A stretch of 61,116 nt of DNA, counting the filler, from Dirinaria sp. TL-2023a (taxonomy: Eukaryota): the NCBI GenBank assembly GCA_051941275.1. It is 3 parts of 3 records of this genome, joined end to end, with 100 filler letters (N's around TTAATTAATTAA, not from the genome) between each part and the next. Parts side by side here need not be neighbours in the genome. Positions count along the whole stretch, not along the records: positions 1 to 20,313 come from JAVEBF010000292.1; 2 more parts are not named here. One strand, written 5' to 3'. Below are positions 1 to 11,928 of the stretch, in pieces; positions within the stretch are counted from its first letter, which is position 1; every line of letters starts with the position of its first letter. Made by a program: the position numbers and the translations under genes. The notes beneath the pieces are model-generated. The model was not told where the DNA came from, ran no database searches, and saw only the letters and a program-made list of their open reading frames with translations.

Positions 1-1388
1 GCGGACTGCCATGTATACTATCCGGGCCACTGCCTATATCTATTATCCATTACCTATTACTCTGAGCACTAGCGTTTCCGAGGACTGCCATCTTGCGGAG
101 GCTAACCGTTTTCGTCAACTTCCACATTCTTGGTGGTGAACCGGTCCACCCGGTCCCGGTTTTACAGAAGGGAAAATAACGAAAGGTTCTAAACATATCT
201 TGTTGTGGTCAACTTTTTATGCGTCTACTACTTGGGCTCTGATCCATTCTACCAAACCTTTCTCGAGGACTCTTTTGTTGCAATGCGGAGGGAGATCTAG
301 AGCATCCATCAGCATTATTATGTGCAGCAACTAGCAATGAAGACTTATTGTTGCCTGCGAGCATCTTCGTTGCGCCAAAGCGTAGACTTTTCTTGCATCA
401 ACGGTACCAGGTTGAACACAGAAATTGGGTCCACCGCGCACATTACCCATGGTTTTGTGGTTACCTTGAGGATCCTCCAGGCTTGTTCGCGGAGCTGACA
501 CCAAGTCTAACTTGGCTAGGAAGCCAGCCAGAGAGCTTGAGAGCCTTGAACGTTGCGCTGGAACCTAACGATAATATAGTACTCACAAACTTTCCAAAAA
601 GTTCTGTCCAGCCCCATTCCTGCCAGGCCTGTGCCTGATCTGTCATGTACGGTGTGTCGATGAGCTCCCTGAAAAGAGTATTCTAGGTTTGCCAGGTATC
701 TGGGACTCCAAATATCACTATCGACATCCACAATGCTAGACCCAGATATAGGAGCCCGACGAGTGAGCGAAAGATCTTGGTTTCCCTCTCGCATGAGGTC
801 TGCCATCAGTTCTTGCAGAGGCTTAGACTATGATGTCTGCAAACCTTCTGCCTATCCCACTAGTCAATATTGAGAGGGTGTCTGCTCCTCCAAGTACGCA
901 TATAATCTTTATAAATCAAGACCTGCAGTAGATGTTTACACGAAAAGAGATCTTCCACAAGATGACGATCCTTTTCAATATAAGTGCCGCGATCGTGGAT
1001 GGAAAAAATCTTGAATGGAAAGTTACAGAGCATCCCAACAGAGAAAGATCAAGTAGATTGAACGGGTAGCTGAGAAGCCAAGAACAGTCAAAATGTACAA
1101 CCTTCGCCGTTAAGTCTTTAATGTTCGCAGACATTACATTGATGCCAGCAAGTAATAGAGCGAAACTGGCGAGTAAATGAGAGGAGTGGCTCTCATCGAT
1201 ACTGCAAATCGTTACAAAAAACCCGATTTCCCTACCCGCGCTGGCCATATCATCTTGAGGACCCTCCACGGTGCTTTAACGCTGTCTTCACTGGTAACGG
1301 AGGCTTTCGTGTATACATGATTCACCGCAGTTCTGCATCAGTAGGCGGACTTCGAAACAGTGGAAGTTGAAGTCCACACAAATCGACC

Positions 1389-2552
1389 TCAGGTGACATC
1401 AATCACCAGTGTCTCCCCAATTTCTATCAGACACAGCTCCTTACCCCAAGCCTTTCCAGCCTTCTCGCAAGCCTCTTTGAATCTTCTTGGAGGTTCTGTG
1501 ACTTCCTCAAAGTATTGGCTAATGCCCCCTCGAAAGGTTCCATAGTGCATGCCGATAGACTTTTTGCTTCCCAGTTCTTGGTGCAAGCAAAGTGCGTCTT
1601 CGGGCGTGCAATGTACAGGAGACAATAGCTCTCTCGGCGAGTAGAGTCCGATTGGCAGGAGGCTGAGGTCGAATGGTCCCAGTCTCTCCCCTATTTCACG
1701 GAAAGCTGGACAGCGCGGCACGTCTGTCTCTGCGGTACCCTTAGGTACATATCTGTACCCCGTATCGCCAGCAAAAAATACCTTTTTGGAGCCCATGGCT
1801 TTTTCATTGTTCGAAGTTTGGTTCGTACCGTGACTTTCCAAGGCCCAGGAGCACCACAGAGTAGATCCCCGATCAAACACTCCTCTACCGGAGAAATGCT
1901 GAGTTGGCGTGCACGTCATCGTGATGGAGCCAATATCTATCACATCCAGACGAACGCATTCCCACCAGTCAAGTTCGGTAATCGCGTCTCCACCAATACC
2001 AAAGCTTCGAAGCCTGGAAGCATTTCCTAGTCCTACTAGAAAATGGATACTTCCCTTTCGTCTGTCGAAGACTTCTATGAGTGTGTCGGAATCCATGTGG
2101 TCATAGTGATCATGTGAAATGGCGACTAAATCGATTTCGGGCAGCTCATCCACACGGCAAGGAACCGGAGTGTAACGCTTTGGGCCCGCGAACGATACCG
2201 GACTCGTTCTTTCGGAGAATACGGGATCGAAAAGGACTCTGACTCCTCTCCCTGCGCCTTGGGCTTTTGGTGTCTCGATGAGCATTGTGGCATGGCCAAT
2301 CCAGGTGGCTTTGAGACCGCTGCTATCCGCGCCCCAATTCGGCTTTTGCACTTTTACTAGCTTGTCTCGTGATGGCACAGGTTTGTAATCGCGGTTACGA
2401 AAGGACGATCCGAGGAACTCAAACGACGAATGCTGGTGAAATGAAGGCCATGGGTTGACAAAAGAGGTTGGTGGGTTACTGACGTGGTGTGCATGTGAAG
2501 CTGAGGTTACTTTTGAGGCAATCTTCGTGACCTTAGGGCTGGGAGTTGCCAT
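1389..2552 (-). CDS. N-acyl-phosphatidylethanolamine-hydrolysing phospholipase D (NAPE-PLD/Fmp30-like), metallo-beta-lactamase fold
   Basis: Intronless 387-aa ORF with TWIGHAT, VLFDPVFSERTSP, the HxHxDH metal motif (SHDHYDHMD), TPTQHFSGRG, FFAGDTGY, LPIGLYSPR and GMHYGTF, all typical of the NAPE-PLD subfamily. Confidence 0.9.
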   Translation of the reverse strand: MATPSPKVTKIASKVTSASHAHHVSNPPTSFVNPWPSFHQHSSFEFLGSSFRNRDYKPVPSRDKLVKVQKPNWGADSSGLKATWIGHATMLIETPKAQGAGRGVRVLFDPVFSERTSPVSFAGPKRYTPVPCRVDELPEIDLVAISHDHYDHMDSDTLIEVFDRRKGSIHFLVGLGNASRLRSFGIGGDAITELDWWECVRLDVIDIGSITMTCTPTQHFSGRGVFDRGSTLWCSWALESHGTNQTSNNEKAMGSKKVFFAGDTGYRYVPKGTAETDVPRCPAFREIGERLGPFDLSLLPIGLYSPRELLSPVHCTPEDALCLHQELGSKKSIGMHYGTFRGGISQYFEEVTEPPRRFKEACEKAGKAWGKELCLIEIGETLVIDVT

Positions 2553-4186
2553 GCTTGGGTCACTCGAAGAGAGCTATTCAGCCCGAGAATCACTTCAATG
2601 AAGAAGGGCGCACGCGTGGACTTTCGAACAGCTTCCGAAGAACGGCGATCAACCTTGAATCGTAGATGTAGTGGTGTAAAAAATTTCAGCTTGGAAGTGT
2701 GAATCTAAAACCCATGTTGTCGAGAACTTTCAACAGATCGGGTTAGAGCATCTTGTAAAAATATCTCCATGACGTCACCATCGCGAGCTCCCTTCTCAGT
2801 CATCACGCTACCTCAAGTACAATAATTGGTACATTTGAGCACTTATCATATCCTGGTTGTTCAGATTATAACGTACTTGGTTGGGTTGTAGTCCTGTGAT
2901 AAGACAGACGGCTCAGCAAGCAATGAGCGAAGACAGATTACGATTGCTCGTAGCCACGCCAAAAGCTTACTTCTGAAGCGCCCCGAAGAGCACATTGAAT
3001 CGACTATCTTCTAAGCCTTCGAGCGATCTACAGTGTACTTTCGACCGCAGGCAAGAGAAAAGCGGGAAATAAAATTAGCTGAGGCTGCCGGCTGCACCCA
3101 CATTATTGTCCGAGTGGTCCTCCAAATTGCAAGTCCCTGAGTCGCTCGGTCTCTCAATTGATCTCAGCCAGCTTTATCTGAAGCCATTGATTTCCCTGCG
3201 CCAGTGCAAGTGACCGTCCCGTCAGTCTAGTGTCATGGCAGAACTAAAACAAATTTTCACAATTTGGCAACTGGACTGGCATATCTAGGGAGATACAGAT
3301 GGTTGGAGTACACACGAGTCTTGGCGTAGGGCTGAGAGTGTCTGTCCCCACTGACGGGCAGCTCATAGGCGGGTCCGAGGGGCCAAACTGCATCTCATGT
3401 TCGCAAGAGACCGGATCAGTCTAAGTTCAAATGTGTAAATGCCATGACTGATCCTGGTAATGCCAGATTGATGTGTCTTCTCTTGTACATATTATACTTC
3501 CCTTGAGGATGCCGGCTCATTCGCGATGTGATTAGCTGTATGGGAAATCAGCAGCTCTTCTTAAGAATTGAAAGGGATTTTGTCTCCCTATGAGGTGATA
3601 GTGGGCACTTGGTGTTCTAAATCTATTACGAGACCCTTTCCTCAAATGAAGCAATCAGGTGAGCATTGCAAATTTTCATGCCTTTTCCTGTACCCTCTGT
3701 ATGCTTGTGTTCAAGTTCCATCTCAAATCAATGAGAAGATTGGACGTCGGCGCCAGTTTGTCAAATACGCATTCTCAGTGTTCTTCAAACCCGAGTTAAT
3801 CCCTCCCCACTACGTGCTCCTTCTTTCTCATGGTTGTAATGTGTCATGCCATGGCTCTTCATCGACTGCTTCTCGATATTTATTCCCTTCCATATGAATC
3901 ATCAGTGGACTCATAGATGCTGGTTCATTGGCATAATGATATGAAAAAATCTACAGAGCGCCGCCAAAGGTGCTAAAACCATCAGTTGTTACGTTTCTCA
4001 TAAGTTCTGACGAGCCGCTAGGAAGCACTCAGCAGAACAATACCTTGGTGCTATCATGGATGTTCTGGTATAAATAGATAACGGCAGGAAGAACGTGGTT
4101 TGCAAGCTTGCTCATGATGCTGGGACGACTTTAGGCAAAGGCTTTCCGAGAGCAGTAATCCTTCCCCAAATCTTTTGGAGACACGG

Positions 4187-4219
<33 letters not shown>

Positions 4220-5632
4220 TTGCTTCGTAAGCTTTCAAGGGCATTCAAGAAGCCTGAGTAGTCCAATGACTAAGATACCTGGTGAAGAACCACTTGTTTG
4301 CTAGCTTTTCACAGGGTTCGTGATCGATGAACAATATACAATCCAAGATGGCGAGCACTGACTCGAGTCTAACATCATCAAGTATAATTTGGCTTTTCAA
4401 GTCATTCCATGGTTGACGCAGATGGGAAGACGCGAACATATGAATGAATCTTCGCAAAAGTAATGTTCCTAGTAACTCGACCAGGAAAGGTATGGAAAAT
4501 GACTTGCATGCATTTCTAACTGTAAGGAAGTGGGTGCTAACTGTGGTTTCAACAGTGTGGGGAGGTAACTGAAGCGACAACACATGCATGCAACACATCT
4601 AGCATGCAATACTTCCAACAGAAGTGACAGCATTAATATGCAACGACATAAGGTAGCATTGATTTAGGACTGGATTTCAGGAAAACGATCAACAATGTCC
4701 CTTACTAATCCCTAAAATAATGTGCGACCAGACAGGCAATGATCGATAACCCCGCCTGATATAAAACGCTCTCGGCGGATGTATAGCTGATCAGTGACAA
4801 GATAGGCGACTACTAAGACCCCCGCTTCAACGGCACCCTGCAGGACCCGCTCACGAAAGAATGTCCAAATGCCAGAAAAGTGCTCAAAGAGATATCTATC
4901 AACACTGATCATTTCCGAAGAGGCGACTATGATTTTCTCGTCGATTCATCAGAGTGCAAGTGAAGTCCGAGTATCGATCTTGAGCGCAAGCCTAAATTGG
5001 CGGGCGAAGCGGTTCACAGGGCGATTGTCTTAAGAACGGAGTTGAGCAGGCAACTTATGTGGTTAATAAAGGCCACAAGATTTTCGGTTCCTCAGCTCGA
5101 TGTGGCTCCGTTGTCTCTGATAAGATGCTTCGACGATCTTCGAAATGATTGAGATTGACGTAGGACTCGTCTCAAATAATTGCAGTAATTTTGGGGCCTT
5201 TCATGGAGTTCAATATAAGCAGATAATCAGAAGTCCAGCTCTTTTAAATTTCCTGAAGAGCCTGCGACGCCAAATTGATGTCTTCTCGGTGAGCTCGCCA
5301 CAATGAGTTAAGCACTTCATGATCTCGTGATAAGATCTTCCGATGCTGAAGACAATGGAGAGGGCGAACAAGTTGACTTGGCCGGCTGACTGATCAAGAT
5401 GTCGCTCTTTGGTTCACAGTGTGGTCACTAATGAAGTCCGTCTGAGCCTCGATAACTTTTACCTCGATCTCAAGAGCATCGTTATCTCGATCGTGGCAGA
5501 GGAAGACACAATTGCCCCTGGGGCGTGAATCAAAAATAATGTTTTTAGAGGACCAATTGAATCACGTATCTGAGTCTGACTGAAACACTTGGCTCTCTTG
5601 ATAGCTGTTATGCTCGTTCTGGGTCTTCAATT

Positions 5633-6181
5633 TGTCTATATCTTAAGTAGACTTGCCACATCAGATGCGTAATGAACGATATTGAAAAATCAATCAAGAG
5701 ATACGTCGTCATGCAGAAACTTCTTGGCTACAGCGCTGTTTGATTGACTTGAGCTTAATCACGCAAGATTTCAAACTTGGGTACTCACTTTTTAACTCCG
5801 ACATCCTTCCAGATTCTGTTGATGGACTGGTGATTAATCTTAGCAGCATGATTAGATTTAAAGCTTCTACATCTGATGCTATAAAGTACATTTGAGAAAC
5901 CCATTTCAAATCACTTCGATGAACTGTCAAGCATGCATCAGTTGGTTTCATAGATATTGTCGACTTCAACTGAGCTGTTATTTGTCGCTGCAAGAAAACT
6001 CCACTCTATAGATCATAAGACGATCAAACTGAATCAATCAATCATCTGAACGCTGAGAGCTTCGAAGAACCTGAAATGAGAGTTGGTAAGGTCGATATTT
6101 CTATCGAAAGTCGGGCATTAGTCTAATCACTATCATCGAGACAATAACCAGTTCATATCATTCTTTCTTAAGATATAGACA
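5633..6181. mobile_element. Non-autonomous TIR element (MITE-like), 549 bp, TGT...ACA ends, 4-bp TSD AATT
   Basis: Perfect 15-bp inverted repeats TGTCTATATCTTAAG (5633-5647) and CTTAAGATATAGACA (6167-6181), flanked by AATT at 5629-5632 and 6182-6185. No intact internal gene. Confidence 0.7.
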
Positions 6182-7900
6182 AATTGCGATTCGCTTTTCC
6201 CTCGCGGCGCAGATTAGGATTGTATGTCAACGATCAATGATTGCTTAGCGTTATTACAGACATTGGAGTGGGTCGATGAAATTGCATAGAATGCAAAGAT
6301 ATGTATTAATATAAACAAAAATACGATTTGTTGCTTACATCCAGAAACGTAGATTAATGCACACATTTAAGCACGTGTGACTGACAAATTGGAAAAGTCA
6401 ATTCACTGGAACTGTAAGTATTTGAGAATGCATTACTTGGATCTAAGATATCTGACATCTTTCGAGCGAGATGTTGCCAACACAAAATCACATCGACAAA
6501 CAGCGAATCTGTAAACTCTTCATGATTGATATGGAATATGATCGACCCACTAGCTTCATGCTCAATGTCTCCAGCTCATTTGGGAAAGTACAGGTATTGC
6601 TGCGGAGGGCATATATCAAAGTATCAAATTTCGAAACAACTCTTGTCGTGTTTATGATATCAGAGCCTATGTCTCTGAAGCCTCATGAATCTGTTATGAA
6701 ACCAGTGAATTGGACGAGAAGCGCATATAAACAACAGAATACGAATTTGACAAAGATTGCTTGTTCGAAAATCTTCTGCGATATTTCAAGCAACGAGAGG
6801 GAAGATAGAGGTGAGATGTCTCTTAGTTTGCTTTTCTCAGTTCGGATATTGATTCTCTGTCTCAAGATGTGATAGAGTCAACTTTTGGTCCTTAATCGCC
6901 TTGTAACAAGCTCTAAATCATGTACTGCGATTTGATTTTAGATTAAGTTAAATGCGAACAACGACTAATAGTTGAGATGCTTTTCCATTCTTCACCGATA
7001 CACCAGAAATTTCATCATTTGATAAAGTCAACGATTCTTTTTTTCTTTCGTTAGAATGATCAGATGTCTGATGGTAATATAAAGCATGACTGATCTCAAT
7101 CTAGTCTTTTTAGAACACATATCGACTGGCATATAAAATCCTCATCCGATATATGTAAAAATCAAGAGCTGACTGTAAAGCACTTATCCCGCACATGAAC
7201 GTTGACAGAAAACGCGCCAATAGCAGAGACATCTAAGTTATTGTCATTTGTCTAGCAAATATCTATGGGTAGAAGCTAACACGTAGAAGACTAAAAGAAT
7301 TGACCTTTAAGAAGATGATCTCCTCGCAATTTAATTAGCGAATAATAGTCTGACGATCAATCTCGTTAATGATCGAGCAACTTTGAATAGCTCGCAAAAA
7401 CTCGACTTTGTCTGAATTATAGCGAAAGAGAATTCAAATACATTCAACAGAGTGACGTTTATCGAATAGACAAGAATAAATCTGATGTTTCTTGAAAAGC
7501 TCAATGTTCAGCGCTTTAGATGTTCTTCGGGGCTAGCGTTAGTGTAGACGAGTGGAGGACTGATCATCTTTGAAAAAGGGGTAAATTATGATGTAATGTT
7601 AAAGCTGAGTATTGACGAACAGACAATTGAATGTGAGACAGACTACGATTTCGAGATCGATCATATTAGTAGCAGCGTGCGAAATGCTAAGAATCGTTCA
7701 TTCGAAGACATTTCTTTTTAATTTGAAACGTACTCTGCACAAATGTACAATGCAATTCTTCTGTCTAGAATGTAGGGGATATTTTTAAGTATGTAATCGA
7801 TACTGTATCTGCACATTTATCTTTTTTAATAGAAAGAGATACTTTTTAACGCGATTACAGTTCGATCAACTTAGTGTAATGATCTCAAAGACATTTCTTA

Positions 7901-7951
7901 TGAAAAGAGTTATGAAACAAGCTGAAAAGAGTTATAAAACAAGCTGAAAAG
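7901..7951. repeat. 22-bp tandem duplication (about 2.3 copies)
   Basis: TGAAAAGAGTTATGAAACAAGC / TGAAAAGAGTTATAAAACAAGC / TGAAAAG, with one G/A difference between the full copies. Confidence 0.85.
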
Positions 7952-8185
7952 CTCTCAAAGCGAGATACTAAGATCTATCTTTCAAGGTGCTACGTACAGA
8001 GCAGTATCATCTCTATAGCGTTACGTGACATAAAAGAGTTCAGTCTTGTCAGAAAAAGGTGCTTGTATCTTGCTTCAATGTCGCATTCAGTATCGAATTG
8101 CAGAAGCACACGTTTGCTCACTCACCCACTCAAAGTCTTAAGCGCAAAGATAGAGAAGTTGTTGATATTGAGAACAATATCATGA

Positions 8186-8584
8186 TGTGAGGTGAAGGGC
8201 CTCGTTTAGGGGAGCTGGGTAGTAGAAGCGAAGCTGCAGGCGAGGCACAGACACACCGTGTGGACGCGGACGACGATTCTTGCTAATGAGTGAGAGGGAC
8301 AAAAGAGTAGGTTGCTTCTATTGCTAAGACTAATAACTGAGGAGCCCAAAAGAAGTGGGCGACCCGCTTCTTCATTCGAATACGCTTGCTCCCCCTTTGC
8401 TACCTTGACTCCTGAATCCGACCTCGCGCTAGACTCTATCGAAACGCCCTAGGCGAGGTTGGCGTGGCCCTAACTTGCGCTCCAATAGCAAGCGAGGTCA
8501 GTTACCACGAGGACTACCTTGCCTTTCAAGCAGGCGAGGCTCCGTGCGACGCTCCTGAGGCCAAATTCCCCTAAAGCCGTCACA
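8186..8584. mobile_element. Solo LTR (399 bp) with 5-bp target-site duplication
   Basis: Starts TGTGA, ends TCACA, flanked by CATGA at 8181-8185 and 8585-8589. Sub-terminal inverted TTTAGGGGA/TCCCCTAAA. Much more GC-rich than its flanks. Confidence 0.8.
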
Positions 8585-10528
8585 CATGATACGATTCTTG
8601 ATCGCTATGTAGTCACCTCTGGCGCTGGCGAAATGTCAATCAATGTGCATGACTTCGCAGTACATTCAAGAAAAAGAAGAGATGCGTCCTTCGAAGACGC
8701 TTTTAATGATAAGTAACTCAAATCGCTGTTTTCCTCATTTTCACTCCCAATGCGCATCAAAGACTTTTGATCAAGACATTCTGCGACAGTCTTGATTCCA
8801 GAATTCGCATCGTAGACGTTTATTGCTACGAAGAATGTGCTGACTCGCGTCTCGCACGATAGCGGCTCACACACAATCTTCAGAGTACGTGTAATATCAC
8901 ACTACGATCTCTGGCTCAGCGTCACAAGTGGAAATCTCCTCGTGAAACTCATCCGCAATCTGTGTTCTTAGGATAAAGAAATTACTGAGATCAATCAGTG
9001 ACCTAGATTGTTTTGCGTTACTGCGTGGAAGATTCCAATTTATTCATAGAGAGCTTTTAGAGAGACGACATGATGATACTGGACAGTCGTAATGGATATT
9101 GCGAACAACAGAAAGTTCTGGACGAGCCGAAGAAGGTACCCCCAAGATATATGACTCTGTAGGGATTTTGACAAATCATCGACTGCTGCTAGTCTATCGA
9201 TCGAATCGCATTCTGAAGCTTCTGCCTGCGCTGTTGTCAACTAGACACTTTAACAAGATACAGATCAACTCTTAACTTGTTGGTAAAGGGATCAGATTCG
9301 CTAGCACAAACATCATTGACAGAATGTACCTACACTTTGACATCGATATCAATGTTCTCAGAACCACATCACTCGTCATCTCACTCCATGTATGAACTCA
9401 CCAGCAACCGTGGTTTTGGAGTGTCTTTATCGATGGCGCTCTGTTTTAATCCAAGAAGACAGCTCCTATTACGACGCTATGATACTGATCCAGCATGAAG
9501 TGTCTGAGAGTCCAAGACTACTTCTCTATGAGATTGACCTTCTCAACTTGGCGATGCTCTTCCTTCACACGTAATTGGATTTAGACACATTAGATAGCTT
9601 TCTGCAGCAATTGAACTTCGTCCACGTCCCACTTTTTAGCTTCGATTTTCGATCTTTTTTCTTTACAACAGCCCGAGTGCGACTTCAAACCTTCTTTGAA
9701 TTTTTTTTAGCTTAGAAAAAAGTCGAAAGTCGGAAGTTGGACCGGAGAGCATTGTAGTGTCTTTTTCAGAAAGAATGTGTATTCGAGAGTCAATATGATC
9801 TGTCGCACATCCCTAAACGCTAGCCTTTCTAAGATATTTTCCAAAAGTTGAAACTTATACACATTTATCTTCTCACAATAGATACAACTATAACTGCCGA
9901 TCGTCTTTATCGTCTTAATCTTTCTGCCATTGCCGACAATTACATTTAAGACTATCGATCGCTGGTCGATTAGTTTTGAAGCGGTGATGTAAGCTTGAGC
10001 TGCTGCGGCAAGGTAAACCTACTTTTATGATGAAAATATCTCATTATCAAATGATTTTGGATTATGGCGGGATATTCACTACGAATAGATTCCTATTAAA
10101 TACGCGATGTAGACTCTGGGATGCCGTGGTTTAGTGTGTACATTTGGTTTTATTTGATATCCGAGCGAATTTCTAGCTTGACTGGAGAAAAGTAAATATG
10201 TGTCGAGGTCATTCTTGAGATCCATTGTTAATCACTATTTCGTGTGGTGGTTTGCATGCAGGCCAGCTGACATAGAATAGACGCTGCCTCGGCATTTTGC
10301 GATAGAATAACCCTGGGATAATGACGTTTCCCAATGCATTCGACAGCGTTTCGCGTCGGCACATTAACACATGTAAGAAGATCATGTGTCAAGTGTCAGC
10401 ATAGTAAAGTCTACGCTGCCGCCATGCACGTTGTGTTGTACGTCTCAAATCGGATGACCTTTCTGTTGAATACGATTTTCTGGGGGTCGTTCGGACCACG
10501 GACTCTCTGAATTGAGAGCGATTGATGG

Positions 10529-11928
10529 TGTTGAAGTAGATGATGGATGATCAGTGCGATGAGCTTGGCATGTGGCCCTAACCAGATAGTCGGGAATGAG
10601 GCACGTGTTCTGTCGCATGTGTTTCTCGGCTCCAGGCGGCTCCAAGGTGTCGAAGGGTTATGATCTAAGCTAGTCTCTTTGCGTCTAGCGTCCCCTGGCA
10701 ACACACAAATGAATTTCAGTTCATCATGGATGCATCAACTCTTCCTCATGTGGTGATTGAGCGTCAATACCACGTACTGACTAGTAGTTCATCTGCTATT
10801 TGAACAGGTTATGGCTCCAATGTTCACGTATCGCAATGGATGGTGCAATGGACTGTGAGGACTTGAGCCTTCATTGCGATTGCTGTCCAATCTAGTGTTG
10901 CTGTCGACTACCCTGCGGACTTCCGGAACCAACAATCTTTAACCCTCATGATCTCGTACCTCATCAAGGTCAAATCTACTATTACCAACATGGGTAAAGA
11001 TACATGGGACTTTCCTAAGTTGAGAGGCCCAGAAAACTGGCGTCAATGGGACAGTAACATGTATTTTGCCCTAACCGAGGCCAACTTATGGAGCGTCGTC
11101 GACGGTGAACCTAGACCGAATCGCCTGCCATCGGAAACCCCTCCTTTGGTACAAGACTTGAGAGCCCAGCGAGATGAGGAAAAGGATTGGAAGAGGCGCA
11201 ATGTTTTGCATTATCCAAAATCGACCAGATGTGCTCCGATTTGCTTCAAACGTATTGCAATCGCAATTGGACTGCCCACCAAACTTATCAGGAATTGAAA
11301 AAAAATTGCCAGCCTAAGAGCAAGTGGGCGCTCATGAGCAGAATTGAAGCCACACATCTTAGCAAGTGCAAAGACTTGGACGATTTCACAACACAAATGT
11401 CCATATTTGAAGAGCAGGTAAAAGAAATGGGTATCACTATTCAAGATTACCTCTTCTTCAAGACCTTGAACTCCCTGGGTGCTCAGTACGAGACTCTTGC
11501 CACTTGGTATTGGCAGAAGGCCCGCGAAGGAACAGAACTTCCTACCTTGGACGAGTTCGGGCAAAGTTTAAGAGAGGAGGAATATAGGCGTGGACTTACT
11601 GACATGGTAAAACGGACAAAAGGAGGAAACCAAGAAAATCAGCAAAGCCAAAGCAATCAAGGCAGCCAAGGCAGTCAGCACAACAAACCCAGAGGCCGCG
11701 GCAGTTGTCGCAGAGGACAGCGAGGTCGCGGTGGCCGCGGTGGTGGTTACGGTTGGAGCCAGTGATCAGGATTACAGTGAGAATCATACTATCCAAAATG
11801 GTCAAGATAGCAATCCAGTGATACGATACAAGTTATTCGCTGGATTCCACGCTGGTGCATGCCATTTTGCATATCATAATCATAAGTGTTATAATTGTGG
11901 CCAAATCGGCCCCACATGACCAATCTGC
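10529..11928 (+). mobile_element. 3'-truncated Ty1/copia retrotransposon: putative 5' LTR (about 10529-10806), primer-binding site, degenerate gag; no pol or 3' LTR seen
   Basis: TGTTGAA...TTGAACA followed directly by GGTTATGGCTCC (10807-10818), resembling the copia GGTTATG(G/A)GCCC internal tRNA-iMet PBS, then gag. The LTR start is the least certain boundary. Confidence 0.7.
10990..11928 (+). pseudogene. Copia-type gag pseudogene
   Basis: N-terminus FPKLRGPENWRQWDSNMYFALTEANLWSVVDG matches the copia Gag N-terminal pattern. A frameshift near 11200 leads into a helical gag core and an RGG-rich tract. The CCHC knuckle is broken: CYNCGQIG-P-T-stop-PI-C at 11887-11928. Confidence 0.8.

Larger units (their letters stand above)
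4695..10000. pseudogene. Decayed, AT-rich tract of mutated coding or repeat-derived DNA; original products not identified
   Basis: No intact gene over about 5 kb. Broken protein-like frames, e.g. + strand from about 4817, DPRFNGTLQDPLTKECPNARKVLKEI..., interrupted by TGA at 4961. Strong CC/GG depletion and two nested insertions. Boundaries approximate. Confidence 0.5.

Noticed and set aside
300..1270. Several short minus-strand ORFs that might be a gene remnant
   Set aside because: No recognisable motif or consistent splice model.
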